The position numbers and the translations under genes were made by a program. From Macrostomum hystrix (taxonomy: Eukaryota; Animalia; Platyhelminthes), in NCBI GenBank assembly GCA_950097015.1, contig CATNEN010000003.1, positions 11,098,001 through 11,162,000 of the forward strand: a stretch of 64,000 nucleotides of DNA. The letters are read 5' to 3'. Positions 37,719-50,922 of this stretch are shown here, in pieces; position 1 is the stretch's first letter; each line of letters begins with the position of its first letter. The notes beneath the pieces are model-generated. The model saw only the letters and a program-made list of their open reading frames with translations. It was not told where the DNA came from and ran no database searches.

Positions 37719-39927
37719 CTGAAAAGTCCAATCAGAGAGGAAATAGACGACTCAGTTTAGGGCCGTTTACACAATACAAAAACATTCTAATATTCAGGAC
37801 TATGAGAGCGCACAGCCTGACGATGAGGGCACTACACTTATAGGTAATGGATAGAATTCAACCGCAGCTCTTCAGCAAATTAAAACCCAGTCCGGTTGTA
37901 TCCATGTATTTCATTTAATGGCTTTAATTGTCGACGTCTAGGGCAAAAACACCGGCTTAGAATGCATTAGTCATGACAATCTGGTGATTAAATGTTATAA
38001 TACCACAGAGTCGTTTGTCTATGGCCTAGGCGTAGGATAATAAAAAAATAATGATATTTTTGACTTGTCTATGGCCAAGATTGAACTTCTTAACAATACT
38101 CGTATACTGTCGAAATAAGAGAATATCATTAATATGGCCTAAGATATGTTAATTTTCAGTAATTTTTTGTGAAATTCTAGACAAGCCCGGAGCCTATTAA
38201 CTTGGGAAAGTCTCGATAAGTAATGAAATTGGTAAGTGATCAATAAAAATAAGGAACACAGAACATGATACATCTATGCAATTTTCTTCATAAAAGTGCT
38301 ACATAAAAATGAAACAGAGAAGCACTGGCGTTCGCACTAAAACACTTTTGGCATATATTTCTATCATGAAGCTACAGCACCAATAGATATGGTCATGTTG
38401 CAAGTGTTTTAAACGTTGCTACATAGCACCTTAGTGCACAAATTGAATGCGAATCTTCCACCAGTTCTTCTTTGTCTCTGAGTGCAATAATAGAATAGCT
38501 ATTAGCGGAATTATATAAATAAATAAATATATATTTGCCTTCCCTCGTAGACAATAAGCGTGCTTTCCAAGCTATGGCGCGGGCGGGTTTGTATAAAAGC
38601 AAAACAAGACGACAACTCAATAGGCAGGTGCAAATAATAAATACTAGAAAAATACCAACATTTCTATATATATTTGACTAAAAAAGAGACAACTAGGTAA
38701 TTTAAAGATATAAAACAAAGTTTTGCTATGAACCATAGGAATTAGCATTCAATTATGTAGAAAACAGTATCCTCACGCATGCAAAAACTATTTATATGGC
38801 AGTGCAAAGCTTTACGAACATTGTGGTCACAGAAACAACAAATAGAAGCAGATTATGTAGAAAGTTGGTAGCTTGCAACGGAAAAATAGATAAAAATTTA
38901 ATTTAAGCACCAACACAAAATATAAGCACCGAAATGGAATTAGCTTACTACTGTAAGTGGTAGAAAGGTAAAGCATTCTTAGTTTTAATTGTTCAGCACA
39001 AAATGTAAAAAAATTAACATGCGGAATGATTATCAATAAATTTTAACTAAACTTTTTATTTTTCGTGCTTCGTTTGTTTAAATCAAATTAATTATAAATG
39101 TATACGTCAAAGAAGCACTTTAGAAGATTTCATATGGTCGGTTTTTTTCATTTTATTATTTGACTATCTATTTTTTTCCTGGAAATTTGTTTGTTTAAAC
39201 TAGCATATGGACGGCTGATAAAAAAATAAAATAAAAATTCTTCATAGTCTCTAGGGAGTTAATAAATAAGCAATTAACCATAAATCGGTTGTAAATTTAC
39301 ATACGAATACAAAAAACGGCGAGAAAAGCTCTTAAATTAATTGTCATATTAGTGAGATCCAACAAATTACCTGCTCATTAGCCCAAGGTCTAATGACAGA
39401 ATTAAAGCTACTAACGCTTTTATATTAACTTTAACGCTAAAGTACATAAAGCGACATTATTATATAATCATTTTGAGCTGAAAACAAAGAGCTAAGATGA
39501 AAAAAATCACAGACAGACTACTTAATCCTAACATTAACATAAGTAGCATAATAAGCAAACTAGAATTTTCTTGCAAAGATAGGTTAGTTTTGTACAATTG
39601 AAAATGTAACAAGTGTTTATTTACTTATTTATTAGAACACTGTGCTTGCTGTACAGAAAAACCGGTTAGGCGGTTTGACATGACTATAAAAAATCGGTTT
39701 GTGTTAAACTATTTTATTTACAAAATCTCTTTCGATTTATGCAGTTTAAACACTGGAGTGGAGTAATTTTTGCATTTTGTAATTTCTATGTTCAGTTGGG
39801 TGTTAAGTATCAAATAGAAGAAAGGCTTGCGGTGAAATAAACAGCAAATAACACTAACTTCTGGAAGGCTATAATGTTACATTGGCTGGCGGAAGAAGTG
39901 TTAGAAATTAAAGCATTCGATTGTCAA

Positions 39928-41238
39928 TCAATTATTTTTCGAAGCCGGTATGATAACCTTGGCAGATGCTGAGCTACCTCTGGTATTGCAACGCCTTCTA
40001 ACCAGCGCCATATTTGGATAGGAATGCTGTAGGTAGCAGCAGCCTCCACCGCCGGTGCCGACGCCGACGGTTTGACATTTCAATACGCTGGCTAGCTTCT
40101 TCCGATAGCCCCTCCCAGTTAGTGTTAGTAGGGCCCAATTGCTGGCGTTATTAATTAATGACAATAGGTACAAGATGGTGAAAGCGGAGAAGGTTGGCGG
40201 AAAGCCCGACTGGCGACTAAATGTTGTGTAGAGCAGAACAACAGTCAACGGATAATTGGTTACCAGGTAAAGGCCGTTCATTACTAGGGAGACAATGCAG
40301 ATTCTTTGCTGACGTTTTCTTCGCTTGCCAGACGAATGAACTCGACTGTCGGTGGCTACAGCGGATGCGGCTACCGCCTGGGGAGACTGCGTCGATCTAG
40401 ACGCTGCTAGAAGCTCCTTGTGCGATAGTAGAGCAGCCGAGATGATCACCGTGCCAGTTAGCATAATAACTAAAGGTAGTACACTGCCTACTAATAGATC
40501 AACTAAGCCGACTACTTTCAAACCTACGTAGGCCCATTCTGAGCACATTAGCCAGACTGTACTATCGGCGGCTACGCTGGACTCGGCAAAATTGTAAGTA
40601 AGAAATGCCACTGGTAGATTGAGCAATGCCAAACCGGATAATAAGATGGCTAAGCATAGGCGAGCCCTTCTAGGACGCAGATAGGTCTTAGCTAGCATCG
40701 GATCGCGAACAACTAGCATGCGTTCAACAAAGATAAACGCTTGCAACCAACCGGACAAGTGAACTAACAGGTAATTAACGTAATTAAATATGGCGCTTAA
40801 TAGGGCGTAGCTGTTGCGAAAATCGGCCCCGAATACGGTGTAGGACCACCAGCGCAGGCCGACAATACTTAGCACTAGGCCGTCAACAATGAACAAGCTA
40901 ACTAGTAGGACACGCGTAGTCGATGGTATCACCTTCGGATGCTTTCGAATAGTAACCAAGGTGACAGTGATGCCAACAACCGCAATTAACCACATCACTG
41001 GAAATAGCCATGAGACGCAGCCGTACCTAAGCCAGTAGTCGAACTCGCTGCTGGCTCTCCGACTGTCTATGGCCGAACTAATGCTGCTATTGCCTAGGAA
41101 ATAAGGCGCGCACAATTTACGATCGACACTTTCGTTATTATTGGCCAGATCTTTAGCCGGATGGCCGGACTGACTAATAGGAGCGCGCAATAGCTGATAA
41201 CGATGCCAGAGAAAGTCAGCCAAAAACGGTTCGCGCAT
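39928..41238 (-). CDS. Intronless rhodopsin-class GPCR, peptide-receptor-like (FMRFamide receptor/srw-like clade)
   Basis: 436-aa ORF from ATG 41238 with 7 hydrophobic segments; TM2 LFIVD, TM3 HLSGWLQAFIFVERM (DRY variant), TM5 SVLP, TM6 TNYP, TM7 INNASNWALLTLTG..YR. Confidence 0.88.
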   Translation of the reverse strand: MREPFLADFLWHRYQLLRAPISQSGHPAKDLANNNESVDRKLCAPYFLGNSSISSAIDSRRASSEFDYWLRYGCVSWLFPVMWLIAVVGITVTLVTIRKHPKVIPSTTRVLLVSLFIVDGLVLSIVGLRWWSYTVFGADFRNSYALLSAIFNYVNYLLVHLSGWLQAFIFVERMLVVRDPMLAKTYLRPRRARLCLAILLSGLALLNLPVAFLTYNFAESSVAADSTVWLMCSEWAYVGLKVVGLVDLLVGSVLPLVIMLTGTVIISAALLSHKELLAASRSTQSPQAVAASAVATDSRVHSSGKRRKRQQRICIVSLVMNGLYLVTNYPLTVVLLYTTFSRQSGFPPTFSAFTILYLLSLINNASNWALLTLTGRGYRKKLASVLKCQTVGVGTGGGGCCYLQHSYPNMALVRRRCNTRGSSASAKVIIPASKNN

Positions 41239-44200
41239 CTTCACTCTTAGGGAATCGATGCGGACTCAGGTTGGTCGTTTGGTTACTCTGCTCTCTCTCT
41301 CTGATTTGGCTAATGTTAGCCACTTATTAGTTGAGAAGCCTGAAAAAATGGAGGTGAGAAAATGTGTTAAAAAGTTGTAAGATAGTCTGAAAGTTTCTAA
41401 CGACCTATGATCTGAAATGTCGCCTTTGAACTGCAGGTGTGAGCCAAGCTTTGATCCAATGAGACTTAAACCGAAACAAAACACAAGTCCAACCATAGCC
41501 AACATAAATGCGAATTGAAGACAGACAGTGACTTAAAACCAAAACTAATGAAAGCATTGTGAATGGAAAATCGTTGTCACTTTTTCGAAGGTAAAAAAAT
41601 AGATAAGATTTTACTCGAACAAACAGCGTTATCTTTCTAATACTTGGCCAACACGTGCTGGCATAAAGACAAAATTTATTTTCAGAAGTTTTCAAACAAA
41701 TTATGTTGGTTAAGCAAGTAAAAAACTAGTATGTCAACTTACAGTTGCAAATAACAGAAAGCTGATGGCTTTGTTGTCACTAGATGCTTATAAACAACGC
41801 CTTCTAGCACGAAAATAAAACAGAAGTAATAACTAATTTGGCCTTCGGAGAGCAGCCAATAGCTGCTAATGTCCATAACTTGATAGGAGAAATATTTTTA
41901 CAACTATTGTGCCGTTTTCAGCTACTTTTACCTCTTTAAGGACAAGAACAGGACTGACTTTTTATTCGAAGTAAAAAACTGGCGACTAGTTTGAATCACA
42001 CGGTCGAAATTAGTTTTACGTAGGCATAACGACAACGCGAGCACAGGACGGGTATTTATGGAACAGGGTGGGTAAACGCGAGTTGCAAAAAAAACAGTTT
42101 TTTCTTTTCTCTCCCTAGGTCTTCTCTATCAGTGCTAGCCAATTGAAGAGTGAGCACAGAACTCACAATTCAACTATCTTAAAGTAAATAAGTACAAAAA
42201 CTAATGCGTCTGTGGTTACCAAAGAATTTAGATTCTGCCTAGATGCAGTTTGCTGACTAGTGAGTGAAAATATATACGGGTATGGAAAATAAAAATGTAC
42301 ACAGCTAGATGAAGTTTTTATATTAAGCGTGGGCTAAAGCATGCTAGACGATTGTATGAAAACGAACATTTAAAGACAGAAAGGCTGTCTAAGAGGATCA
42401 ACTCATAAAATGGTCACATGCTCTTCGCTCGGACCACAATCTTAACATCCACTTCAGTCTTCATTGAGTTAGAAAAGGAAACTGACAGAAAAAATCTAAA
42501 GAGTAGAAAACCGCCACGGGGTATAGAATAGAAGTTTCTAGAAATAAAATATATGGAGCAACTTCTGGCCGATGATGAAGCACTAGCATGATACTTAATT
42601 AGACGTCTTAAAGACCAGATAAAGACTACGATTTTCGGTAGAAAATAGGGGGGCACTTTTATGTACACAATACAAAGCAAGTGCCTTAAAAATTGCTATC
42701 ACACCAGATCTTATCAAAATAGCTTAAATCTGTCCCACTAACTCCCTATTTCTATTGAAGAGAACAACAAAAAAATAAATAAATGAAGTGTGTCAAAAGA
42801 GAATCTGACAGGCTGAGAAAAGTTGGTCAATGTGCATAAGACACCATGCTTCAGTTTAGTTACCTGGCGTGGAAAAGATCTCCAAACTTAAAAGCTACCT
42901 ACTACAACCACTTCATCAACTTCTTGCCAATAAATGAGCAATACCTAGCGAGTACTCCAGAAGTCTATTCACAATTTGATTGTTCATTATATAACAACCT
43001 GCAAGATTCTACTTTTTAGAGCACTTTTACATTGAACTGATGATTTATGTTCGTGTTAAAAAGAGCAATAAAAATAGCAGGGTGGGCTAAGAGTTACTTT
43101 TTAACAATTGCAACATATTTCTAATAACAGATCAACTCGCTGGTGCCACTAGATTTTTAGCTTTAAAAACTCAGGTACTGCGCGCGAAAAATTCTGACAC
43201 GAAATTCAGATTGCGAAAGTTTCATTACATATAGTAAAATATGCAATTACCTTACCTACCGACAAAAAACAGCACCTTAACACACAGACGATTTAGTGAA
43301 ACAAGCAGGAATTAAGCAACGAAAATTGATACAACCACTCAATGAATGCAGGCCTCAGTGAAGATCAGAACTGGCTTTTCTATGTTGAATAAGAATTTCG
43401 TGACACACAAACCTTAGCTTGCCTTATTCAATTCTCATTTAAACATTTGCTACATTTAACATTATTAAAGAGGCAAAAAGTGTATGAAGAGATAAGGAAT
43501 AAATTGGACAATTTTTCTACAGTCCTAGATGCACAAATGTGTATTATAAATGATACAAATGGCAACCTAAGAGCATATTAAACTTAAAATATAGAAAGCA
43601 CTGAAAGTTGCAGGAAAAAACACCACAGTATTAGTATCAGTATTTCCTTGGACAAAGCAATGCAATGGGAAACCTAGCTTTACAGCAAGTACAAGTAGAG
43701 ACAGATAGCAATTACTTCTAAAAAACAAAATCCCATGGCCTTTTGTGTTTATAAACATATAGAATTTTTTTTTCTAAATATTTTAAGGTTAAAATCTATT
43801 TATGTATTTAGTTGTTGTGTCTTGTAGCCTATTTAAAAATGGTTCAAATTTTGATTAGTGATAACCAATTTTTTAACATTTCTAGTAACCAAAATTCTGG
43901 AAGTGTTTGTACAAAGTATTAGGCAAAAAAACTTGGCACATAGGCCTTATACACAGTGTCTTGGTTAATTAGGCTAATACTAAGCTAGGATAATAGTCCA
44001 CTTAAGTAAAACCATTATTCCATCTAATTTTATCATAGTATATTTTCTAAATCATCAAGAATGCAAAATTATAGTTTTTACTTGTTTTAACAAGTTTTAG
44101 ATTAGTTATCTCTAGTGTAAATGTTGATTTAATTACTGTTTTTATAAAATAAATAAATTATAATTAAAAACTAAACTACTATCAGAGGAACAAAAGTACA

Positions 44201-45365
44201 TATATACATACAGATAAAAGTACAAGTTTCTGGAGAAAGTAAACAAAACAAAATGCATTTAAGGAACATTTAAGACAAAAAGTATTTAGTTACTGCCTAA
44301 AGTGTAGCTTAAAAATACAAAATGTTAAAAATTAAATGTTGTAAATACACAACCTATTGAAATTATTAATAAAATAGCACTGTTTTTGCCTCTGATGAGT
44401 GCTGAAATTAATTTGTGGACACAATCTTTGACAAATAATTTATTTGTCTGACATTAGGATAGGGGGATTAGGCATAATTATATTGCTAGAGGTTGTTACC
44501 AAATATTTGTACATTTTTTCCACATGTTATTATTGATTTTAAACCACAACTTGAACTGTTAACAAAAGTATTAGTCTGTCTTGTACACGTAATAGGCTAG
44601 TTTAAATCCGCACTAAAATTATGCTACGCATTTATCAATAATATTTGACCTATTCAGATTTGTTTAACTTGTGTAAATATACTGTGTATATATGCAGCAT
44701 AGTAGGAAATGCTACTATAAATATAGACCGAATTCACTAGGAACAGTTAACCATTTCTTGAGCCTTTTATAAGAAACAATTCAAATCTCCTTGTAAGCAA
44801 TCTTACAAGCCTTACTTATTTCTTAAGTAAGTGGAAGCCGTGAACAATCCGATCCAGGGAGAGCCCAAGTACAGACTGGCCAGAGAGCCCGAAATATCTG
44901 ACTAAATTGTCTGAAACACCTGAGAGCAGTGTCTCCAGAATTACCTAGATTTAGTATCTAGAACATTACTGGCAGAAGGCCAGATCTATCATTTTGAAAG
45001 CCACGCTACCCAAACTACCAGTAGTTTGAAACAATCCACCCAACAAGGGGTGCGGTATAATGACTGTATATGTCACTTTAAGTGACTAAAGACAATAAAT
45101 AAGGAGGTTAGGCTAACCATTTACATTATGTATTACTAAAGAGGAGGATTTGAATTACTATGGAAGTACAAATAGAAGCACTACAACAACTTGGTGGCGG
45201 CAGAAAAGGATTGGAAAAGCGGCAGAATCTTACTTAAAAATAAGCTGTTCATAGTCAAATAGTCAAAATGAATGCCAACCATGCAATCACTATGCTAGCA
45301 GAAGAACTAAGAAATCAATTAGAGCTGGGACTGACAAGACATGTCAAATTTAAAAAATTTAAAAA

Positions 45366-46132
45366 GACCCAGGAGCAGAAACAGGCCCGGATCGATTGGT
45401 GCTTGATTGGTGCTTGGTGCTGCCATTCAATGCTCGAAAGATTTGATGGTGGAAGATCAACGAGCTCCTGGGACATTGTCAGTGGTGATGAGACCTGGGT
45501 GTACTGTTTTGACCCAGAGAGCAAGCAGCAGTTGGCTCAATGGACCCCCATTGGCAGCCCGCCACTTTCAAAGCTGGTGCGGTTGTGAAGCATTGCCAAG
45601 CAGATGGTGGCTGTTTTTGTGGCTTGCAGCAGTCCCGTAGCCATGATTCTGCTGGTAACACAGTGGATGGTGACTGCGGGCTGGTATGTAACCGAGTGTA
45701 TGCCCCAGGTGCTGCAATCCATCGCTGAGAAGTGCCCAAGGACTTGCCATCGCGAGTTGCTGCTCCACCAGGACAACGCCCCAGCCCATACTGTGCGACT
45801 AACTGTGGAGTTCGTGGAGCAGAATCGTGTCCAACTTCTTTAGCACCCACCCTACAGCCCCGACTTGGCACCGTGTGACTTCTTTGTGTTCCCACAAGTC
45901 AAGCGCCTGCTCAAGGGAGTCTGATTTACATAGCTGGAATAGGCCGTCAAGGCCTTCCAAAGTCACCTGTTTGACATCCCTCAGTCAGAGTGGGCTGTCT
46001 GCTTTGCTACTTGGTTTGAAAGGATGAGAAAGTGCATTGAAGCTGCTGGAGAGTACTTAGAAAAGGCCTGACAATTATCTTCCCTGACACTTTATTTCTG
46101 TGCATCCGGAAACTTATTGAATGCCCCTTGTA
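45366..46132 (+). pseudogene. 5'-truncated mariner (DD34D) transposase with right TIR
   Basis: TQEQKQARIDWC, IVSGDETWVYCFDPESKQQ, LLHQDNAPAHT, HPPYSPDLAPCDFFVFP with in-frame stops; TIR acttattgaatgccccttg-ta. Confidence 0.93.
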
Positions 46133-46937
46133 TCACGTACTGAGTCAGATATCCAACACTGTTTTTCGAATTCAAAAGGAGATTGATGGAGTGTTAGAGG
46201 GACTGAATGATAGCGCATCAAAATAATGTCATTGTTGTTCCAAATTCAATAAGAATTATTGAAAAATTTGTGAAGGAAAATGGCGCTCCTAAAGCAAAGG
46301 CCAAGCCCACAGGGCAAGGCATTAAGAGGAGGCAGCCAGAGTGCAAAAAGCTGCCAGAAAAATTGTCAGAGTTGTCAGATAGTGAGCTAAGCTCCGAAGA
46401 AAGAATTAGATGGTCCGCACGTGGCAGGGAAAATTTTGACCTGCATGAGGAAAATGACCCGTTGGAGAGTGATACTAAAGAAAGCTCGGAAAATGAAGAA
46501 ATCCCTGAAGACTTAGCAGCTCAAGTTGCCTATAATCTCAGGCCACGCCTGACCCCACGCATCACACAGACATGCGGCAATCTTGTGCCAAGGCCTAAGC
46601 ATGCTTGCTTTCAAGAACAATAGATGAATGCCCACCACCCCAGTCCCCAGGCCAGTAAGCCAAATGGGTGATGACTATATTGCTAACATATCCTTTGTGT
46701 ATAAAGTTGTATTATTTTGTATTCTGGTGATAATATTTTGTTGCGACAATATTATAAAATACTCTCAGTATATTATTTGATATTTGTTTTATGTGTGCTG
46801 ATATCCACAGAATAAAGAAAAGCTTGGTGTTCTATTGGTTGAGACTCCCCCTTGTCTGCCACTATATAAGGGAGCAACCCGGAACAGAGATTGCTTTATT
46901 CAAAGTGTTTTCAGAAAGCATTTTGATTCTCTGCCAA

Positions 46938-47770
46938 ATGGCTGCCAATACCTCATTGAGTGAAATTCTACGAGAGATGGTCAATTGCAACAAAATTCTC
47001 CTTGAAGACATCACAGAAGTGAGTGGAGAAATCCTGCCGGTGGGCAGTGAAATTAACCCAGCTGGAGCCGAGAGAACGACGTCGACACCTATTGTGGAGG
47101 CTGAAGAGCTAGCAGCTCTGCTGCGTCAGGTCACTCGGCCGAAGCCACCTGCCAATAGGAGCATAGGCATCAAGCAGATGCCTGAGTTGAGCCCAAGGTA
47201 TGAGTCTGATGACCGACCCTGGAAGCCGTCAGGTTCGTGGACTACCTTGCTGGACCAGCCACCTGCTAACATGCTGCAGGGCCGAACATTGCGCTTGCCA
47301 CGACCAACGGCTTGTAGTCGGCAAGGCCAATGACTACCTAAAGTCCATATGCCGACTGCCCTGCAGCAGGCAGAGCCAGCACAACCCTCAAGGCTGCAGT
47401 CTGCAGTACATCGCCCAGAACCTTGGCAGCCTTTGGCTCCTCGACCACTGCAGCCAGTTTTGGTGAGTGACCGACCTCCACAGCCGCCGGCTGACAGGCA
47501 GGCTATCCCTAAAGTGCAGCAGACGAGGGGATCACTAAAGCGCAGCATAAATTAATGCAGTATCTGCATAAGGTAGTGTTCCTACACCATGACCAGCCTT
47601 TGCCTCAATGGGCCCATGTTTGGCCGGCAATCCAGTCACTGCGCAGTTCAACCGACACAATGGGAGCCATCACAGCTATCGAGTATTGAGATCTCAATGA
47701 ATATTGAGATGCGGTGGATCTTGATTTAACTTGGTTGGGTGCATTATGAGGAGCTGCCATCCCAATTTGA
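46938..47770 (+). pseudogene. Degraded extra ORF in the gypsy 3' region (unknown product)
   Basis: ATG 46938 lies ~70 bp after TATATAA (46863); reads MAANTSLSEILREMVNCNKILLEDI... then Pro/Gln-rich sequence broken by frameshifts and stops. Confidence 0.45.
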
Positions 47771-48859
47771 ATTTTAACGGACAATTTTATAGACATTTAT
47801 ATGGTTGGTGTACAGTGCCAATTTTATATTGCATGCGAAAATCTTAACCACTTATTGTGCTTTATTGTATGATCTTTTACTGTGTGCGAGTTTTAGCTGG
47901 CTCAATATATTTACGCATCTGAACATTCTGTCTCTTACATGTGCATTTTAGTAATCCTTTGTGTCTTGTTTTACATATACTAATTGTTGTGTGTATCCAT
48001 CTTTGTGCTAAAAATTTCTCACTTGACACTCAAAATTTTTTGTTAGAGGAGGCAGTTGTAATAGGCTAGTTTAAATCCTCTCTAAAAATATGCTATGTGT
48101 ATATCAATAATATTTGACCTATTCAGATTTGTTTAACTTGCATAAATATACTGTGTATATACCCAGCATAGTAGGAAATGCTACTATAAATATAGACCAA
48201 ATTCACTAGGAACAGTTAACCATTTCAAGCCTTTTATAAGAAACAGTTCAAATCTCCTCGTGAGCAATCTTACAAGCCTTACTTATTTCTAAAGTAAGTG
48301 GAAGCCGTGAACAATCCGATCCAGGGAGAGCCTGAGTACAGACTGGCCAGAGAGCCTGAAATATCTGACTAAATTGTCTGAAACATCTCAGAGCAGTGTC
48401 TCCAGAATTACCTAGATTTAGTATCTAGAACATTACTGGCAGAAGGCCAGATCTATCATGTTGAAAGCCACACTACCCAAACTATCAGTAGTTTGAAACA
48501 ATCCACCCAACAAGGGGTGCAGTATAATGACTGTATAGGTCAGTTTAAGTGACTAAAGAAAATAATTAAGGTTAGGCTAACCATTTACATTATGTATTAC
48601 TAAAGAGGAGGATTTGAATTACTAAGGAAGTACAAATAGAAGAAGCACCACAACATACACTAAATCCCATTAGCCAATATTTATTTTTTTGCTGCATTGT
48701 AGCATATTTTGTAACTATTGTAACTGTGTAACTTTGTAATTTTTTACTTTTTATATCAGCTTATCACTGTAGCTATAGTCAGCTTTTTTGTATAGGTCTA
48801 TCTTGATATTGATTTTTAACACTCTGTTTTGCTTTTGTCATAAACTAATGGTGAAATGC

Positions 48860-49515
48860 ACTAGGGTTCCAGACTCTAGATGTTAAACATGTACGCCAGA
48901 TAATTCGGGCATACAGAGGGGTCTGGTGTACCCTGTTGGCGTACAGCTTGACGTATACCCACCTTGGTGTATACCCATCTCTGGAGCAATGGCGTAACTT
49001 GGCATATGGCATTAACAGCAAAACATGGCGTAAGGCGTTTATGGCATAACATTGACAGCGTAATATTTCTCAAAATTCCGCGACTCTGCAACCAACATCA
49101 CGACCACGTCAATTTTCAAAAGTGCAGTACTAAACTAACAATTGCTGAAATTTTTCTTTAAGCCTTTTATTTGTTATTTAAATATACAATATTTGAAAGA
49201 CAGAAATCTTCTTTAGTAAATTACATTTTTACCATCAACACTTTGTTTAACATTGTTAACCAACATCATTTTTTCAAAATCTTTTTTTGGTCAATTGGTT
49301 GTAAACTTAATACACTTTATTATTCATTTTTCTAATAGATTCGTGCAAACATAAAAGTAAAATATACAATAAAGTTAATGTAAGTAAGTGCAAATTTTGC
49401 TTGGCGTATTTTTGTGAGTGACATAAATCTGCTGGCGTACATTGGCGTACAGGAGCTAGGGAATCAAATTTCATTCTGGCATACACCAGCACACGATACT
49501 GACACTGGCTAGGCT
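48860..49515. mobile_element. Possible non-autonomous DNA element with TGGCGTA subterminal repeats
   Basis: Clusters of tggcgta/tggcata/tggtgta at both ends of an AT-rich core; termini not defined. Confidence 0.35.
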
Positions 49516-50619
49516 TTAATATGTATAAATTTACATTTGACTACCATTTTGCTTTAGAATAGCCTATGCTGCCTATATTACTACAAAATAGTTATTACCA
49601 AGAGGCTAGCTATATAAAAACAAAAAAAGAATCATTTTTGTACTTCTATGTACAGCTTATGTACTTCTTTTTGTACAGCCTATCTTCTGTTATTAAATAT
49701 AATGCTTAGGGCCTATAAGCATTTACATAGGGCCTATAGGCTTGTGGCAACGAGGAACATGTAATTGTGTAAACCTTTTGATTACAAAAAACAAGTGGAG
49801 ACAAAAAGAGCTCGTTTTTTTTATTCAAGACCACACATATCTAGATCAGATCATATCAGATGATTTTTTGCCAAAATCATTGTTAACAAAGTGGACTCTT
49901 ACTAGCTAGAGTTGGAGGCTTTGGAGCCTGGATGGTTTAATTGTAATAAAGTAATAATTTATAATTATGGGCTATGGCTATAATAAAGAGCCAACTAAGG
50001 AAAAGAAATTAATAATCAATAAAATAAGAAAAATAATAGCTTAGTTATTGATAACAGTGGCTATATGAGTTAAATAAGACAGTACAATTCAATAATTCAT
50101 AAAATATTTTTTTACTTAGAAGTTAGAGTAGACCTTAATTAATCAAATTTATAAATACTTTTTTATATCAGCTACTGCTGAACAATGGACACTTATGTTC
50201 ATTATGGACACTTTTGTGTCAAAGCGAAAAGACAAACGTACAAGACGAAGAATTGACATGTAGCTTACTTTACTTAATGGTTTGAAGTTGAACAACCTCG
50301 CAGACACGTGCGTTTGAATCAAGAGAAGGCATTAAAAACGGCTGTGAGAATAAATGCGCTGCAGAAATACAATTAACACAAAAAAATAAGGCTGTCTACG
50401 TTTTAATAAATTTTATTTTTTACTAAAGAGAAAGAAATATATATTTGTTAAAATGAAACAACCTTAAGACCTAAAAGTTTCCGTCCGAAGTCTCATGTTT
50501 ATATGCGCCTTAATTATTTTCAAGTCAAGAATCTGGGCTGAAAGACGCGTGACGAAGTGGCGGAAAGAATGGAAACGAACAATTACTCGATTGGTGTGTA
50601 GAAGTTTTCACTAAAGAAT

Positions 50620-50922
50620 GAATATGGAGAGATGAGGGGCAGCTGGATGTAGAGATGAGGAATAGCTGGATGGGGTGATGAAACATAGCTTGATGGGAAG
50701 ATGAAGAATAGCTGGATGGGAAGATGAAGAATAGCTGGATGGGAAGATGAGGAATAGCTGGATGGGGAGATGAGGAATAGCTGGATGGGGAGATGAGGAA
50801 TAGCTGGATGGGGAGATGAAGAATAGCTGGATAGGGAGATGAGTAATAGCTGGATGGGGTGATGAAGAATAGCTGGATGGGGAGATGAGGAATAGCTGGA
50901 TGGGGAGATGATGAGCAGCTGC
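50620..50922. repeat. 23-bp purine-rich minisatellite (agctggatggggagatgaggaat)n
   Basis: About 12 units. Confidence 0.93.

Larger units (their letters stand above)
44588..48655 (+). mobile_element. Internally deleted Ty3/gypsy LTR retrotransposon
   Basis: ~600-bp direct LTRs 44588-45188 and 48057-48655 ((T/C)GTAATAGG...ACAACA); TACA TSD; PBS-like tggtggcggcag at 45192; PPT gaggaggcag before the 3' LTR; integrase C-terminal remnant YHVLSQISNTVFRIQ...AHQNNV...YNLRPR at 46131-46623. Confidence 0.9.

Noticed and set aside
42414-43005. Minus-strand exon-like segments upstream of the GPCR (also near 38430 and 51460)
   Set aside because: Splice-like signals only, with no coherent reading frame; possibly UTR exons but unsupported without transcripts.
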